NCBI GenBank assembly: GCA_045807245.1
Contig: JBJMHS010000078.1
Span: 1 to 64,000, forward strand
Direction: 5' to 3'
Length of the DNA stretch: 64,000 nt
Source of the DNA: Actinomycetales bacterium
Lineage (GTDB): Bacteria; Actinomycetota; Actinomycetes; Actinomycetales; CAVURS01
Shown here in pieces: positions 1 to 10,385 of the stretch (positions are counted from its first letter, which is position 1; each line of letters opens with the position of its first letter). Both the position numbers and the translations under genes were made by a program. The notes under the pieces were generated by a model that made no database searches, was not told the origin of the DNA, and saw nothing but the letters and a program-made list of their open reading frames with translations.

Positions 1-3
1 GCG

Positions 4-804
4 ATGGTGTTGGGGCTGGCGACCCTGGCGGGCGGGCCCACCCATATCGGCCTCACCGCCCCGACATCCGGCTCGGCCACCATCAACGGAGAACGGTTCG
101 CCGACCTCCCCAACCCGGGGCGAGAGGTCGGCGTGCTATTGGACGCATCAGCTCAACACGCCGGTCGCACCGGACGGGAGATCCTCACGACCGCCTCCGA
201 CACCATGGGCCTGCCTCGCACCCGGGTCGACGAGATGATCGAGCAGGTGAGCCTGACCCCCACCGAGGCCAAGCGCCGGGTGCGCAACTACTCCCTCGGG
301 ATGCGCCAGCGGCTCGGCATCGCCACCGCACTCCTCGGAAACCCCAAGGTGCTGATCCTCGACGAGCCCGCCAACGGGCTCGACCCCGCGGGGATCCGGT
401 GGATGCGCGACCTGCTGACGGGCTTCGCCAGCCAGGGCGGCACTGTCCTGTTGTCTTCGCATCTGCTGCACGAGATCGAGGTCATGGCCGACGACCTGGT
501 CGTGATCGGCAACGGCAAGATCGTCGCGTCCGGCAGCAAGGAAGAGTTGCTGGCCGCAGCAGGGACGCTCGTCCGGTCAACGTCACCACGCGACCTCGCG
601 CACGCCCTCGAGCGGGCCGGGATCCCCAACACGCTCGCAGGGGACGGCTCGGTCCGCACCGATGCCGACCCCGCTCGGGTCGGGGCCGTGGCCCTGACCG
701 CCGGCATCGCTCTCACCGAGCTCCGGTCCGCCGAGGGCGCGGGCCTCGAAGACATGTTCCTGTCGCTCACCGCCGACACCCAACGCGAAGGAGTTGCGGC
801 ATGA
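4..804 (+). CDS. ABC transporter ATP-binding protein, 5'-truncated (Walker A absent)
   Basis: Signature YSLGMRQR, Walker B LILDEP, H-loop SSH; no GxxGxGKS upstream, and the first ~14 codons do not look ABC-like. Confidence 0.8.
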   Translation: MVLGLATLAGGPTHIGLTAPTSGSATINGERFADLPNPGREVGVLLDASAQHAGRTGREILTTASDTMGLPRTRVDEMIEQVSLTPTEAKRRVRNYSLGMRQRLGIATALLGNPKVLILDEPANGLDPAGIRWMRDLLTGFASQGGTVLLSSHLLHEIEVMADDLVVIGNGKIVASGSKEELLAAAGTLVRSTSPRDLAHALERAGIPNTLAGDGSVRTDADPARVGAVALTAGIALTELRSAEGAGLEDMFLSLTADTQREGVAA

Positions 805-1613
805 CCGCCACAATCGTCCCCCCTGACACCACGGAGGCCGCGCCGGTCCGCCGGACCGCCCGTCCCATCCCGAGCACGCGCCTCGTCAAGGTCGAGCTCC
901 GCAAGATGTTCAACACCCGCTCGGGCTTCTGGATGCTCACCAGCATCGGCGTCCTGTCCCCCATCTCGGCCGGGTCGCTCCTCGTCTTCGGCCTCAACAG
1001 CGACGTCACCTACCAGAACTTCGTGAGAGCGAGCGGGTTCCCGATGTCGGTGATCCTGCCGATGATCGCGATCCTGGCCGTCACGAATGAGTGGAGCCAG
1101 CGCAGTGGGCTCACGACATTTACGCTGATTCCGAGCCGCGCGCACGTGATCGGCGCCAAGGCAATCGCGACCCTCCTGGTGGGCCTCGGCTCCGTGGCCG
1201 TCGCCCTGGCCGTGGGCGCCCTCGGCAACGTGGCCGGTTCGGCGCTAGCCGGCGTCAACACCGTGTGGGACATCTCGTTGTCCATGGCGTCCCAGATCGT
1301 GCTCTACGACCTAGTCGGCATGGCGATCGGGTTCACCCTCGGCGTCGTGCTGCGCAACTCGGCGGCCGCAATCGTGGGCTACTTCGTCGCTTCACTGGTC
1401 GTGCCAGGCATCCTCGTCCTCCTGGCCCAGGCGCGGCCCTGGTTCGAGGACCTGCAGCCCTGGATCGACTGGAACAAAACGCACGGAGCGCTCCTCGAGG
1501 GCGCCACGAACACCGGTAAGGAGTGGGCGATGCTCGGCTCGACCACGATGATCTGGATCGTCATCCCCCTCGCAGTCGGGCTGCTCTCCCTGCGCCGCTC
1601 CGAGGTCAAGTAG
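801..1613 (+). CDS. ABC-2 type permease subunit
   Basis: ATGA overlap with the ATPase; ELRKMFNTRSG and EWSQRSGLTTF motifs; about 6 hydrophobic segments. Confidence 0.85.
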   Translation: MTATIVPPDTTEAAPVRRTARPIPSTRLVKVELRKMFNTRSGFWMLTSIGVLSPISAGSLLVFGLNSDVTYQNFVRASGFPMSVILPMIAILAVTNEWSQRSGLTTFTLIPSRAHVIGAKAIATLLVGLGSVAVALAVGALGNVAGSALAGVNTVWDISLSMASQIVLYDLVGMAIGFTLGVVLRNSAAAIVGYFVASLVVPGILVLLAQARPWFEDLQPWIDWNKTHGALLEGATNTGKEWAMLGSTTMIWIVIPLAVGLLSLRRSEVK

Positions 1614-1766
1614 TCCCGGCACCTCCCACGGCCACGAGCAGCTGGTCTACGCCCTCAGGCTCATGCCCCAACCGGCAATCAGGGATTCAGCGCGGAGTCG
1701 CCGGAGCGTAACTTGGGACGGGCAGCCTTGGCTGCAACGTTCACCTCCAGCGAAGGTGTGAGTGGC

Positions 1767-4007
1767 ATGGAAAAGATCGACCGACGTCGCTTCCTCTCTC
1801 TGGCCGGCGGCACCGTCGCGGCCAGCATGCTCTCGGACAGCATCGCGCACGCCGCCTCGATCCCGGCCAACCGCAGGACGGGATCAATCAAGGACGTCGA
1901 ACACATCGTGATCCTGATGCAGGAGAACCGGAGCTTCGACCACTACTTCGGAACGCTGCGCGGCGTACGCGGATTCGGTGACCCACACCCGGCAACCCAG
2001 CCGAGCGGCAAGTCGGTCTGGCACCAGTACGACCCCGACCAGTCGGCCGACGTGCTGCCCTTCCGCCCGCACGTGGGCGGCGACCTGAGCGAGTACTTCG
2101 TCGAGGATCTCGACCACACCTGGTACTGGACACACTTCGCCCTCAACGGTGGTGCGTGGGATCAGTGGATTCCGAGTAAGGGCACCACCGCGATGGCTCA
2201 CTACAGGCGTGCCGATGCGGCGTTCCACTACGCCCTCGCCGACGCCTTCACGGTCTGCGACAACTACTTCTGCTCGCTGCTCGGCCCGACCGACCCGAAC
2301 CGCTCCTACATGTGGACCGGCTCGGTCGGGTTCGGCGCACACGACCCCAACGCGCCGATGATCAGCAACTCCGAACCCGACTCAGGCCCCGGGCACACGA
2401 CCGACGACGGGTTCAGGTGGACGACGTACCCCGAACGACTCGAGGCTGCCGGTGTCAGTTGGAAGATCTACCAGGACACCGGTCTCGGGCTGGACAGCGA
2501 CCACTATTTCGGCTGGGGCCCGTCCTACATCGGCAACTACGGCGACAACACGCTGCTGTACTTCCGGCGGTACAACGCGGCGACCCCGGGTAGCCCGCTC
2601 TACGACAAGGCGCGAACCGGGACGACGATCACGTCGAGCGGCGGCGACGTCGCGGATGCCGCAGCCGGTGACGGTCTCTTCGAGATCCTGCGCCAGGACG
2701 TCAAGGACGGCAGGCTGCCTCAGGTCTCCTGGGTCACGGCGCCGGAGTCGTACACCGAGCACCCGCAGTGGCCATCGGGCTACGGCGCCTGGTACATCTC
2801 GAAGGTCCTCGACGCCCTCACCAGCAACCCCGAGGTGTGGAGCAAGACGGCCTTGATCCTCACGTACGACGAGAACGACGGGTTCTTCGACCACGTGGTG
2901 TCGCCGATCGCCAGCGTGCCGGGAATCTCGGGCCGGTCAACGGTTTCCGTAACCGAGGAGTACTGCGACGGCACCGTCGGGGGTGTTCCCACCGACGTCG
3001 CCGGAGCCTTCGGCCTCGGAGTCCGGGTCCCGACCGTGGTGGTCTCGCCCTGGAGCACCGGTGGGTACGTCAATTCCGAGCTCTTCGACCACACGTCGCT
3101 GATCAGGTTCATCGAGGCCCGCTTCGGGGTGCACGAGCCGAACATCTCGCCGTGGCGTCGCGCAGTCTCCGGCGACCTCACCTCAGCCTTCAACTTCGCC
3201 AAGAACGCGTCGAAGACGCCGAAGCTGCCCAGCACGGCTGCGTACCAGCCGACTGGTTCCGACAACGGCTACGACCACCCGACGCCCCCGTTGAGCGGCA
3301 ACCTCCCCGGGCAGGAGCCCGGCCTGCGTCCAGCTCGGCGTCTCGGCTACAACGTCGGTGCCGACGTCACCTTGGCCGCCGGGACGCTGAAGCTCGCCCT
3401 GCACAACGCCGGCTCTCTGGGCGCGCACATCTGGGCTCGCTCGCTGACCATCCCGGGCGCTCCGTTCAGCTACACGCTCGGCAAGGGCAGGACGATCCGC
3501 GACAAGTGGGCGGTGGAGGGCGTCTACGACCTCGAGCTGCACGGCCCGAACGGCTTCTACCGCCAGTACGCCGGATCGCCGACGTCGCCGTTGGCGGTCG
3601 TGCTGCGGCAGGTCTCCTCCGACGACGTCGAGTTCGAAGTCACCCTTGCGCCGGGGCACGCCAAGGCGGTGCCCGTGACCATCGACGATGCGTACGGCAG
3701 GAAGCGGCCCGACACGATCAGGGCCGGCCGGGGCACGAGGTACCGCTTCTCCACGAGCCGGACCGGCGGCTGGTACGACGTCACCTTCACCAGCTCGGAC
3801 GACGCCGACTTTGCCGTGACGGCGGCAGGGCAGCTGGAGAGCTGTGCCGTCCTGACGAGCGACCCGCAGTTCGGCCGCGGTCCGCGCACGGGATGGGTTC
3901 GCCCCTGGGCCCCGACGCCGCTCGTGACGCGCACCGTCACCGCGCCGCCGCCGCCGCAACCGCACGGCCACGGCAAGAAGGCGCAGCAGCTCGGTCCGCA
4001 GCGCTAG
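1767..4007 (+). CDS. Tat-secreted phosphocholine-specific phospholipase C (phosphoesterase family)
   Basis: Twin-arginine signal DRRRFL; QENRSFDHYFG, GPTDPNR, YDENDGFFDH and GLGVRVP motifs; C-terminal YDLELHGPNGFYR and GWYDV repeats. Confidence 0.92.
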   Translation: MEKIDRRRFLSLAGGTVAASMLSDSIAHAASIPANRRTGSIKDVEHIVILMQENRSFDHYFGTLRGVRGFGDPHPATQPSGKSVWHQYDPDQSADVLPFRPHVGGDLSEYFVEDLDHTWYWTHFALNGGAWDQWIPSKGTTAMAHYRRADAAFHYALADAFTVCDNYFCSLLGPTDPNRSYMWTGSVGFGAHDPNAPMISNSEPDSGPGHTTDDGFRWTTYPERLEAAGVSWKIYQDTGLGLDSDHYFGWGPSYIGNYGDNTLLYFRRYNAATPGSPLYDKARTGTTITSSGGDVADAAAGDGLFEILRQDVKDGRLPQVSWVTAPESYTEHPQWPSGYGAWYISKVLDALTSNPEVWSKTALILTYDENDGFFDHVVSPIASVPGISGRSTVSVTEEYCDGTVGGVPTDVAGAFGLGVRVPTVVVSPWSTGGYVNSELFDHTSLIRFIEARFGVHEPNISPWRRAVSGDLTSAFNFAKNASKTPKLPSTAAYQPTGSDNGYDHPTPPLSGNLPGQEPGLRPARRLGYNVGADVTLAAGTLKLALHNAGSLGAHIWARSLTIPGAPFSYTLGKGRTIRDKWAVEGVYDLELHGPNGFYRQYAGSPTSPLAVVLRQVSSDDVEFEVTLAPGHAKAVPVTIDDAYGRKRPDTIRAGRGTRYRFSTSRTGGWYDVTFTSSDDADFAVTAAGQLESCAVLTSDPQFGRGPRTGWVRPWAPTPLVTRTVTAPPPPQPHGHGKKAQQLGPQR

Positions 4008-4440
4008 CCCGGGCCGGCTTCGGTACGGGGTGACGTGTGGGGCACGATTTTCGCGGCCGTTCATCGCTGCCAGTGACCGAGCGGCCGGGTACGGCGAGGT
4101 CGCCTGGCCGACCGTCCTGGCCTACGCCGAGTCCTCGTCGAACTCGGCCTGCAACGTCAGCCGCGATTCGTGGTGCGTCATTCCGCGGCGAGTTTCGCCG
4201 GCAGGCGTCTAGATCGCCGGGCGACGATTAGAACGCGCCCGCCATGTGCGAGCTTCGGCGCTGAGCGCGATCCCGCCGTGTCGGACCGCGCGTCGACTTG
4301 CACCGAGCGCAGCGCACACAACCTGAATCCAAGCCCGAACGATGGATCAAGCCTGGCCGTTCGGACGATGGCCAGATGACCCGCACAACGCAACAGTCAG
4401 GTCCTGGGCCGGCCCTGTTAGCAAGAACCGAGTCTAGCGC

Positions 4441-5970
4441 GTGACGTGCAAAAACGATGTTCAGGCGGAAGTAGCTCCCCGGAGGAACTCAATGGCATCG
4501 AGGATCGATCCAGTGTCACCTCAGGAGCCACTCAACGCCACGCGTCCAGGTCTCCAAGCCCGAAGGCGTGTCCGAGTCGCATTGGCTGCCACCGTCTGCG
4601 CTTCTCTCGCCGCCGCGGGGCTGGTTGTTACTGCACCCGCAGACGCGGCGACTGCCTCCTGCCCCGACCTGTACCTGATCGGGGTGCGGGGATCCGGAGA
4701 GCTGTCTGGCCTTGGAGCACCGGTGACGGCGTTCAGCAACGCTCTGCTTACCGCTCTGGCATCACGAGTGACCGAGCGACACCAAGCTGTGGCGTACACC
4801 ACCGACAAGGCATCTGCAGACCTGGTGCCCACCGTGAGTCAGGCGGCCGGTTATCTGCTGGACGTTGGCAGCTTCTACGACAACTACAAAAGCGACCACA
4901 TCGATGGGTACACGGCGAGCGTCCCTGACGGCGTGGCCGGAGTCGAGGCCGCCCTGTCGACCATCAACGCCCGCTGCGGCGCCAAGACCAAGTTCGTGCT
5001 GTCCGGATACTCCCAAGGCGCCATGGCCGTGCACGAGGCGCTCGAGGACATCGCGGGTCAAGCCACTGCGCCCGCCTACGCCGATCAGATCGCAGCGACC
5101 GTGCTGATCGCCGACCCCGACGAGGTCCAGAACGGATCGGGTGCCGACCTTGGGACCGCTCCATCGGACCACACCGGCCTGACAAATAACACGACCAACA
5201 TCCCGCCCCGATTCGCTGGCGCCACGTGGTCGATCTGCGACAGCAACGACATCGTGTGCGACTTCAGACCCGCTGACTACCTCAGCTCCACGACCGCCAG
5301 CATGCTTGTCAAGCGCATCAAGGCGGCCGTCAAGGTCCACCAGACGGACTACGCGGCGACCAACCCGAGCCTCCCCTCCGCCGCTTCGGCCGTGGCCGAC
5401 ACCCTGACCGGGACAACGCTTGGCCCGATCCAGGTCATCAAGAGCAGCCACGTGCTGGTCGGGACGAACATCACGATCACCACGACGCGCCCGTGCCCAG
5501 TCGGCTCGGACTTCGCCTACGCGTACGCATCGGTCAACGGTGGGCCAACCGTCGTGGAGACACGTGCCCCGGTGGGTGGGGGGCTTCCGTACACGTGGGC
5601 CAGCGTCGTCAATGTTGCTCCAGATACGACGAGCAGTCTGGGCGTCACCGCCGACATCAGCGTCCACTGCCAGGACATACACCTGGACGACACCGGGGTG
5701 TACGAGACGTTGCATCTCACGCTCGGAGCTGGCGCAACAGCCACCGCGACGTACCAGGCCACCGGCACCCAAAGTGGCACGGTCACTGTCGCGTCCTCAG
5801 AGCCGTGCCCCTACCCCAAGCCGGCCAAGGTGGCCTTTGCGTTCCTCGTCTCCGACAGCACACGTACCCAGTACCTGATAGTCCCTACCACCGCAGTGGA
5901 CAGTGACAGCACCGGACACTGGGCCCCCTATTCCAAAGACCTACAGTTCCGCTTCGTCCCAAGTACGTAA
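4441..5970 (+). CDS. Secreted cutinase-family protein with C-terminal beta-rich repeats (probably frameshifted; true end about 6065)
   Basis: Signal-like segment, RGSGE, nucleophile motif GYSQG, C-x4-D-x2-C; start codon uncertain. Confidence 0.8.
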   Translation: MTCKNDVQAEVAPRRNSMASRIDPVSPQEPLNATRPGLQARRRVRVALAATVCASLAAAGLVVTAPADAATASCPDLYLIGVRGSGELSGLGAPVTAFSNALLTALASRVTERHQAVAYTTDKASADLVPTVSQAAGYLLDVGSFYDNYKSDHIDGYTASVPDGVAGVEAALSTINARCGAKTKFVLSGYSQGAMAVHEALEDIAGQATAPAYADQIAATVLIADPDEVQNGSGADLGTAPSDHTGLTNNTTNIPPRFAGATWSICDSNDIVCDFRPADYLSSTTASMLVKRIKAAVKVHQTDYAATNPSLPSAASAVADTLTGTTLGPIQVIKSSHVLVGTNITITTTRPCPVGSDFAYAYASVNGGPTVVETRAPVGGGLPYTWASVVNVAPDTTSSLGVTADISVHCQDIHLDDTGVYETLHLTLGAGATATATYQATGTQSGTVTVASSEPCPYPKPAKVAFAFLVSDSTRTQYLIVPTTAVDSDSTGHWAPYSKDLQFRFVPST

Positions 5971-6331
5971 CCGCAAGCGTCTTTTGTGAGGACGCGAACT
6001 CTCCCTACACCGAAGCCAGCACCACATACGAGTATGTGATGCTCCAACCGCCACCCTTGCCCTAGCACCGAGATCTCGAACAAGCGATCGGCCCCCCGGT
6101 CAGTTGTCGACACGCACCCTCTGAGATAGGTCGCCGCGTCCTCCGCCGCGAGACGACGCACGGATCTGCCGATGCGCGTGCCTTGGCGCGCCGCGATCCG
6201 GTCGTCAGCCATGTGCGTCATTTCTCTGCGTCTGCGCAGCTGTCCGCTCGATTCCACGGCGCCTGATCCCGTTGAGGTCGGGCATGCAGCCGTTGAGCTG
6301 TCTTCGGTTGCGGCCAGGCTTGAGCCGCTGC

Positions 6332-6355
6332 ATACTGAACCGATCGGTGCACTAT
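6332..6355. promoter_or_regulatory. Imperfect 24-bp palindrome, putative ArsR autoregulatory operator
   Basis: ATACTGAACCGATCGGTGCACTAT matches its reverse complement at 20/24 positions and overlaps the likely start of the ArsR gene. Confidence 0.65.
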
Positions 6356-6672
6356 CGGTAGACCTCGACGCGACCTTCTTCGCGCTCTCAGACCCCCAGC
6401 GGCGGGGCGTCCTCGAGCGCCTGAGCCGTGGGCCCGCCACCCTGAGCCAGCTGGCCGAGCCATCGGGCCTGACGCTCAACGGGATCAAGAAGCACGTGGG
6501 GATTCTGGAGTTCGCCGGCCTGGTCGAGACCGAGAAGGTGGGCCGGGCGCGCGAGTGCCGACTGGGTCCGGGCACAAAGCTCGGTGAGGCGGGCGAGTGG
6601 ATCGAGTCACATCAGCGAGCCTGGGCGGACCGGTTGGATCGCTTCGAGCGCTTCGTGGAGCAGGAGGGGTGA
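6347..6672 (+). CDS. ArsR/SmtB-family transcriptional regulator (start uncertain, possible 5' frameshift)
   Basis: DLDATFFALSDPQRRGVLERL...KKHVGILEFAGLVETEKVGRAREC, a winged HTH typical of SRPBCC-linked ArsR proteins. Confidence 0.8.
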
Positions 6673-7097
6673 ACTGCGAACTCCGTTACGAGCGTTTGAT
6701 CCACGCGTCGCCTACGCGTGTGTTCGAGCTGTTTACGAGCGCGGTGGGCCAGCGCGAGTTCTACGGCAACGACGCGCCGGGCTGGGTCGTCGAGTCGCGC
6801 TGCGAGCTGTGCGTCGGCGGCGCCTGGGAGATCACGTTCGGCCCGTCGCGGGGCGAGCTCTACCGGCACCGGCATGTGTTCGAGGCGATCGAGCGTCCCC
6901 ACCGACTTCTGCTGGCCACGACCGAGACCCGCCTGGACGGCTCGAGTTTCGCCTTCAGCACGGAGTTCACGTTCGCGTCCAGGGGCCGGGCGACCCTGAT
7001 GACGATGGTCCAGTCCCGCTTCCCCTCGGACGAGCTGCGTGAGGAGCACGGCCGTGGTCTTGCGCATGCGTTCGACCGGTTGGAACGGGCGCTGTAG
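6669..7097 (+). CDS. SRPBCC/AHA1-domain protein
   Basis: GTGA overlap; ERLIHASPTRVFELFT...VGGAWEITF...ERPHRL pattern. Confidence 0.8.
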   Translation: MNCELRYERLIHASPTRVFELFTSAVGQREFYGNDAPGWVVESRCELCVGGAWEITFGPSRGELYRHRHVFEAIERPHRLLLATTETRLDGSSFAFSTEFTFASRGRATLMTMVQSRFPSDELREEHGRGLAHAFDRLERAL

Positions 7098-7118
7098 ACC
7101 TCTACGAAAGGAGAGTGC

Positions 7119-7691
7119 ATGTCGAAGGCGGTCCTGTACATGTCGATGTCGCTCGACGGGTTCATCGCCGGACCGGACGATGGCCCCGGCAACGGGCTCG
7201 GGGCCGGCGGCCTGAGGCTGCATGAGTGGCTCGGCGAACCTGTCTCGGAGTATCCGCATTTCGACCCGCCGGGGTTGAGCCGGCAGGTGTTTGCCGAGGT
7301 CATGGCGACCGGTGCCGTCGTCGTCGGCCGCAAGACGTTCGACTACGCAGATCACTGGGGAGGGGACCACCACGGCGTACCGATCTTCGTGCCCACACGC
7401 GGTACTCCGCCCGAGCCGCAGAGTGGTTGGGTCCACTACGTGCCCGACGCCGCGACCGCGATGCGTGAGGCCAAGGCGGCCGCTGATGAGCAGGACGTGA
7501 TGGTGCACGGCGCCAGCCTGGCCCAGTCCCTGTTGCGCGACGGCCTGCTCGATGAGCTGGAGATCAGCCTGATCCCGGTCGTGCTCGGCGATGGCCGGCG
7601 GCTGTTCGGGGCAGGCCGCATCGAGCTCGACCTGACGCGCGTGCTCGACGCGCCCGGCGTCACTCACCTGCGTTACATGGTGCGGACATGA
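7119..7691 (+). CDS. Dihydrofolate reductase-family (RibD C-terminal-like) protein
   Basis: MSMSLDGFIAG, GRKTF, GLLDELEISLIPVVLGDGRRLF. Confidence 0.88.
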   Translation: MSKAVLYMSMSLDGFIAGPDDGPGNGLGAGGLRLHEWLGEPVSEYPHFDPPGLSRQVFAEVMATGAVVVGRKTFDYADHWGGDHHGVPIFVPTRGTPPEPQSGWVHYVPDAATAMREAKAAADEQDVMVHGASLAQSLLRDGLLDELEISLIPVVLGDGRRLFGAGRIELDLTRVLDAPGVTHLRYMVRT

Positions 7692-7752
7692 ACGAGACAG
7701 AGGAGAGATAGCTCATGCGAGATGTCATTCTGGCCTGACGAGGAGAGGCACC

Positions 7753-8385
7753 ATGGGCAAGGTAGTGGCGCAGGCGATCATGTCGCTCGACGGGTACGTC
7801 GCCAAGCAGGACAACACCATCGGCCGATTGTTCGACTGGCTGCAGAACGGCGAGGTCGAGATCCCTACTCCTGCGGGGGACTTCGCCGTCCACCTGACGC
7901 CGTTGAGCTCGGAACACTGGCGGCGGTGGGTGTCCTCGATCGGCGCCCTGGTGTGTGGCCGGACGCTCTTCGACGTCACCCAGGGTTGGCAGGGTCGCCA
8001 CACGCTTGACGTCCCGGTCGTCGTCGTGACGCACCGGGTCCCCACCGACTGGGTGGACGCACACCCCGAGGCACCGTTCACCTTCGTGACCGACGGTGTC
8101 GCGGCCGCAATCGCTCATGCGCAGACGCTCGCCGGCGACCGCGTCGTCGCGGTCACTGGTGGCACCATCGCCCGACAGTGCCTGGACCTGGGGCTGCTCG
8201 ACGAGGTGGCCGTCGACCTCGTCCCGGTCGTGATGGGCGAGGGCAACCGCCCCTTCTTCGGCAACGTCTCGGCTGACGACGTACTGCTCGGCAACCCGTC
8301 GGTGTGCGTCCAGGGCGACCGCGTCACCCATCTCGTGTTCCCGGTCATGGGCCGACCGCTGACGCGCAGCCACGCGCCAGGATGA
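7753..8385 (+). CDS. Dihydrofolate reductase-family (RibD C-terminal-like) protein
   Basis: MSLDGYVA, GRTLF, GLLDEVAVDLVPVVMG; RBS AGGAGAGG. Confidence 0.88.
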   Translation: MGKVVAQAIMSLDGYVAKQDNTIGRLFDWLQNGEVEIPTPAGDFAVHLTPLSSEHWRRWVSSIGALVCGRTLFDVTQGWQGRHTLDVPVVVVTHRVPTDWVDAHPEAPFTFVTDGVAAAIAHAQTLAGDRVVAVTGGTIARQCLDLGLLDEVAVDLVPVVMGEGNRPFFGNVSADDVLLGNPSVCVQGDRVTHLVFPVMGRPLTRSHAPG

Positions 8386-8428
8386 TGCGGCCGGCGTACG
8401 ACGCTCGCAAAGTCGACGAACGCCACCG

Positions 8429-10108
8429 TCAGCAGGGGTTGTGGATCACGTTCCTGAAGTCGTTGAAGCGCGACACGGTGCTACCGCCACCTCCGAAGCT
8501 CAGGTACGTCAACGGAAGCAGCGACCCGTACTGAGCGTTCCGGCCGAAGTTGCGGATGTGGCCGGGGATGCTGTTCCCGAACTGCCAGGTGCACTTGCCG
8601 TGCACGGTCGCGTTGCTGAAGAACGGGTAGAACTGCGCTGGCACACCATCGTCGGTGATCGGGATTAGGGTGCAGCCGGCGCCAGTCGTGCGGTTGCAGG
8701 TCGGCTCGACCGCCGGTAGGTCCGCCTCGAACGCCACCCGGCTGTAGGGATGGTCGAAATAGGCGCCGGTGCGTGCACTGGTGAACTGGAACGGCGTCGG
8801 GTGCATACGGGTGTTGCCGTCTGGCCAGACGGGAGTGTACGAGACGCCGTCGAAGCCGGTATTTGTCTCAGTGCAACCTTGGACTCGGTACAGAAGCGCC
8901 TCCGAGGCAGGGAAGCAGAAGTCGTCCTCGCCATCGGTGGGTTCTTGGTTGGCTCCGCTGCCTTCGGTATTGCCGGCGGGGCAGACAACCGGGTTGCCGG
9001 AAGTGTCCAGTCCGAAGGGCGTCGCCGGAACCTTTGCGCCGTTGCAGAACTGGAAGTGCCCGATCTCATCCGAGAACGCGGCGTTGTAACTGTGCGCCGC
9101 CCAGATCACGCGGGTCTGCTCCGATGCCGTGCTGTACATCGGGTGGAACGCGTAGGGCGTCCCCTCACAGCTTGTTCCCGTCGGGTCGAACTTGATCTGG
9201 TCGAAACCGTTGGCGGGGCTGGCCGTCATCGACCCGGACTGGTGGGTCGTGTGGTCGTCGATCCGTGCCTGAACCCCTTGCGCGGTGTCATGGATGCTCA
9301 GCGCCAGCCGGTCACCCGAGTTCATGAAGAGGTCCTTCGCCGGGTTCGGGGTGAAAGTTGTCAGGGTCGAGTCCAGCGGGTTCGCCGGCGCTTGCGACTT
9401 GCCGCTCTTGGTCACGAACGCGAACTGGAACGTCTCAATGCCGACCTTGGCCGCGCACGTGGCGTTCTGCAGCGTCCCGGCGACCGGGTCCTCCAGCAGG
9501 CTGAACACGTTCAACGCTGCGCACCACTTCGTGGGACTGCACGTCGAGGCTCCGATGGCGACCGCCCACGTCGGCCAAGGCACCCAGCCGGGCGGGTAGA
9601 ACTGCAGCTCCATGAACGCGGTCCCAGGGTGGTTCGGCGACACGGCCGGGTCGACGATGTTGCTGTCGCTGTCGGGCGCGCACCTGGACACCTGCTCGGG
9701 GTAGGACTGCGTGTCACACAGCGCCAGCCCGAACCAGAGGGCACCGTGCAGCTCGAAGTTGTAGGCCTTGCCAGGCGTCGTCGGGTGCGCCGGTGACGGG
9801 TCGCGCGGCAGGGTGATCTGGTACTGCATCCGGTTCCCTGAACCAGGCCGGTTCGAGTAGAAGAGCAGCGATGGCTCGTCGTGCCCGACGTACTCGTCCT
9901 CACCGAAAACCGTTGTGGAGTCGGCGATGTCCGGGCACAGCGTGCTGTATTCGCAGCTGATGCTCAGATGCTTGTCCGCCGCCGACGCCTTCGCGACGCC
10001 GGCCCTCTGCGTGGCCGACGCCGCTCCTGGCAATGTCATCGCCAGGGCGACGAGTATCGCCGCCGCGACGATGAGCGCCTTCCGACCGAAGGGGATGCGA
10101 CTGGACAT
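8429..10108 (-). CDS. Secreted cysteine-rich protein of unknown function
   Basis: 559-aa ORF with Sec signal peptide, many Cys and RBS AAGGGAG. Confidence 0.75.
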   Translation of the reverse strand: MSSRIPFGRKALIVAAAILVALAMTLPGAASATQRAGVAKASAADKHLSISCEYSTLCPDIADSTTVFGEDEYVGHDEPSLLFYSNRPGSGNRMQYQITLPRDPSPAHPTTPGKAYNFELHGALWFGLALCDTQSYPEQVSRCAPDSDSNIVDPAVSPNHPGTAFMELQFYPPGWVPWPTWAVAIGASTCSPTKWCAALNVFSLLEDPVAGTLQNATCAAKVGIETFQFAFVTKSGKSQAPANPLDSTLTTFTPNPAKDLFMNSGDRLALSIHDTAQGVQARIDDHTTHQSGSMTASPANGFDQIKFDPTGTSCEGTPYAFHPMYSTASEQTRVIWAAHSYNAAFSDEIGHFQFCNGAKVPATPFGLDTSGNPVVCPAGNTEGSGANQEPTDGEDDFCFPASEALLYRVQGCTETNTGFDGVSYTPVWPDGNTRMHPTPFQFTSARTGAYFDHPYSRVAFEADLPAVEPTCNRTTGAGCTLIPITDDGVPAQFYPFFSNATVHGKCTWQFGNSIPGHIRNFGRNAQYGSLLPLTYLSFGGGGSTVSRFNDFRNVIHNPC

Positions 10109-10385
10109 GGCACGGCTCCCTTCACCGGAGGGCAGCCGGTTTCGCCAGTCGCTCGGCGTGACCCGCGGCGGCCAATGAAAAGGTCACACCTGCAAGCGCT
10201 CAGCCCTCGGGAACGTCGCCAACTCTCGACCCAGAGCGCCCGCGGGTCAAGGGATCGAGAGCTCCCTGACTCATCTGTTACCGCAGCCTGGCAAACTGCT
10301 GACTAAGGTCCGACGTCACACCGGGCCTGACCCCGCCCTCCACGCGAGTACGTCGAGCTGGACCACCCTCTACGCACCAAGATCA

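Noticed and set aside
4230..4440. Riboswitch upstream of the cutinase (hairpin CTGGCC...GGCCAG)
   Set aside because: No consensus of a known class that I can match; would need an Rfam/Infernal scan
10299..10310. CTGACTAAGGTC identical to the core of the operator at 37608-37619
   Set aside because: The outer palindrome arms are missing; probably chance
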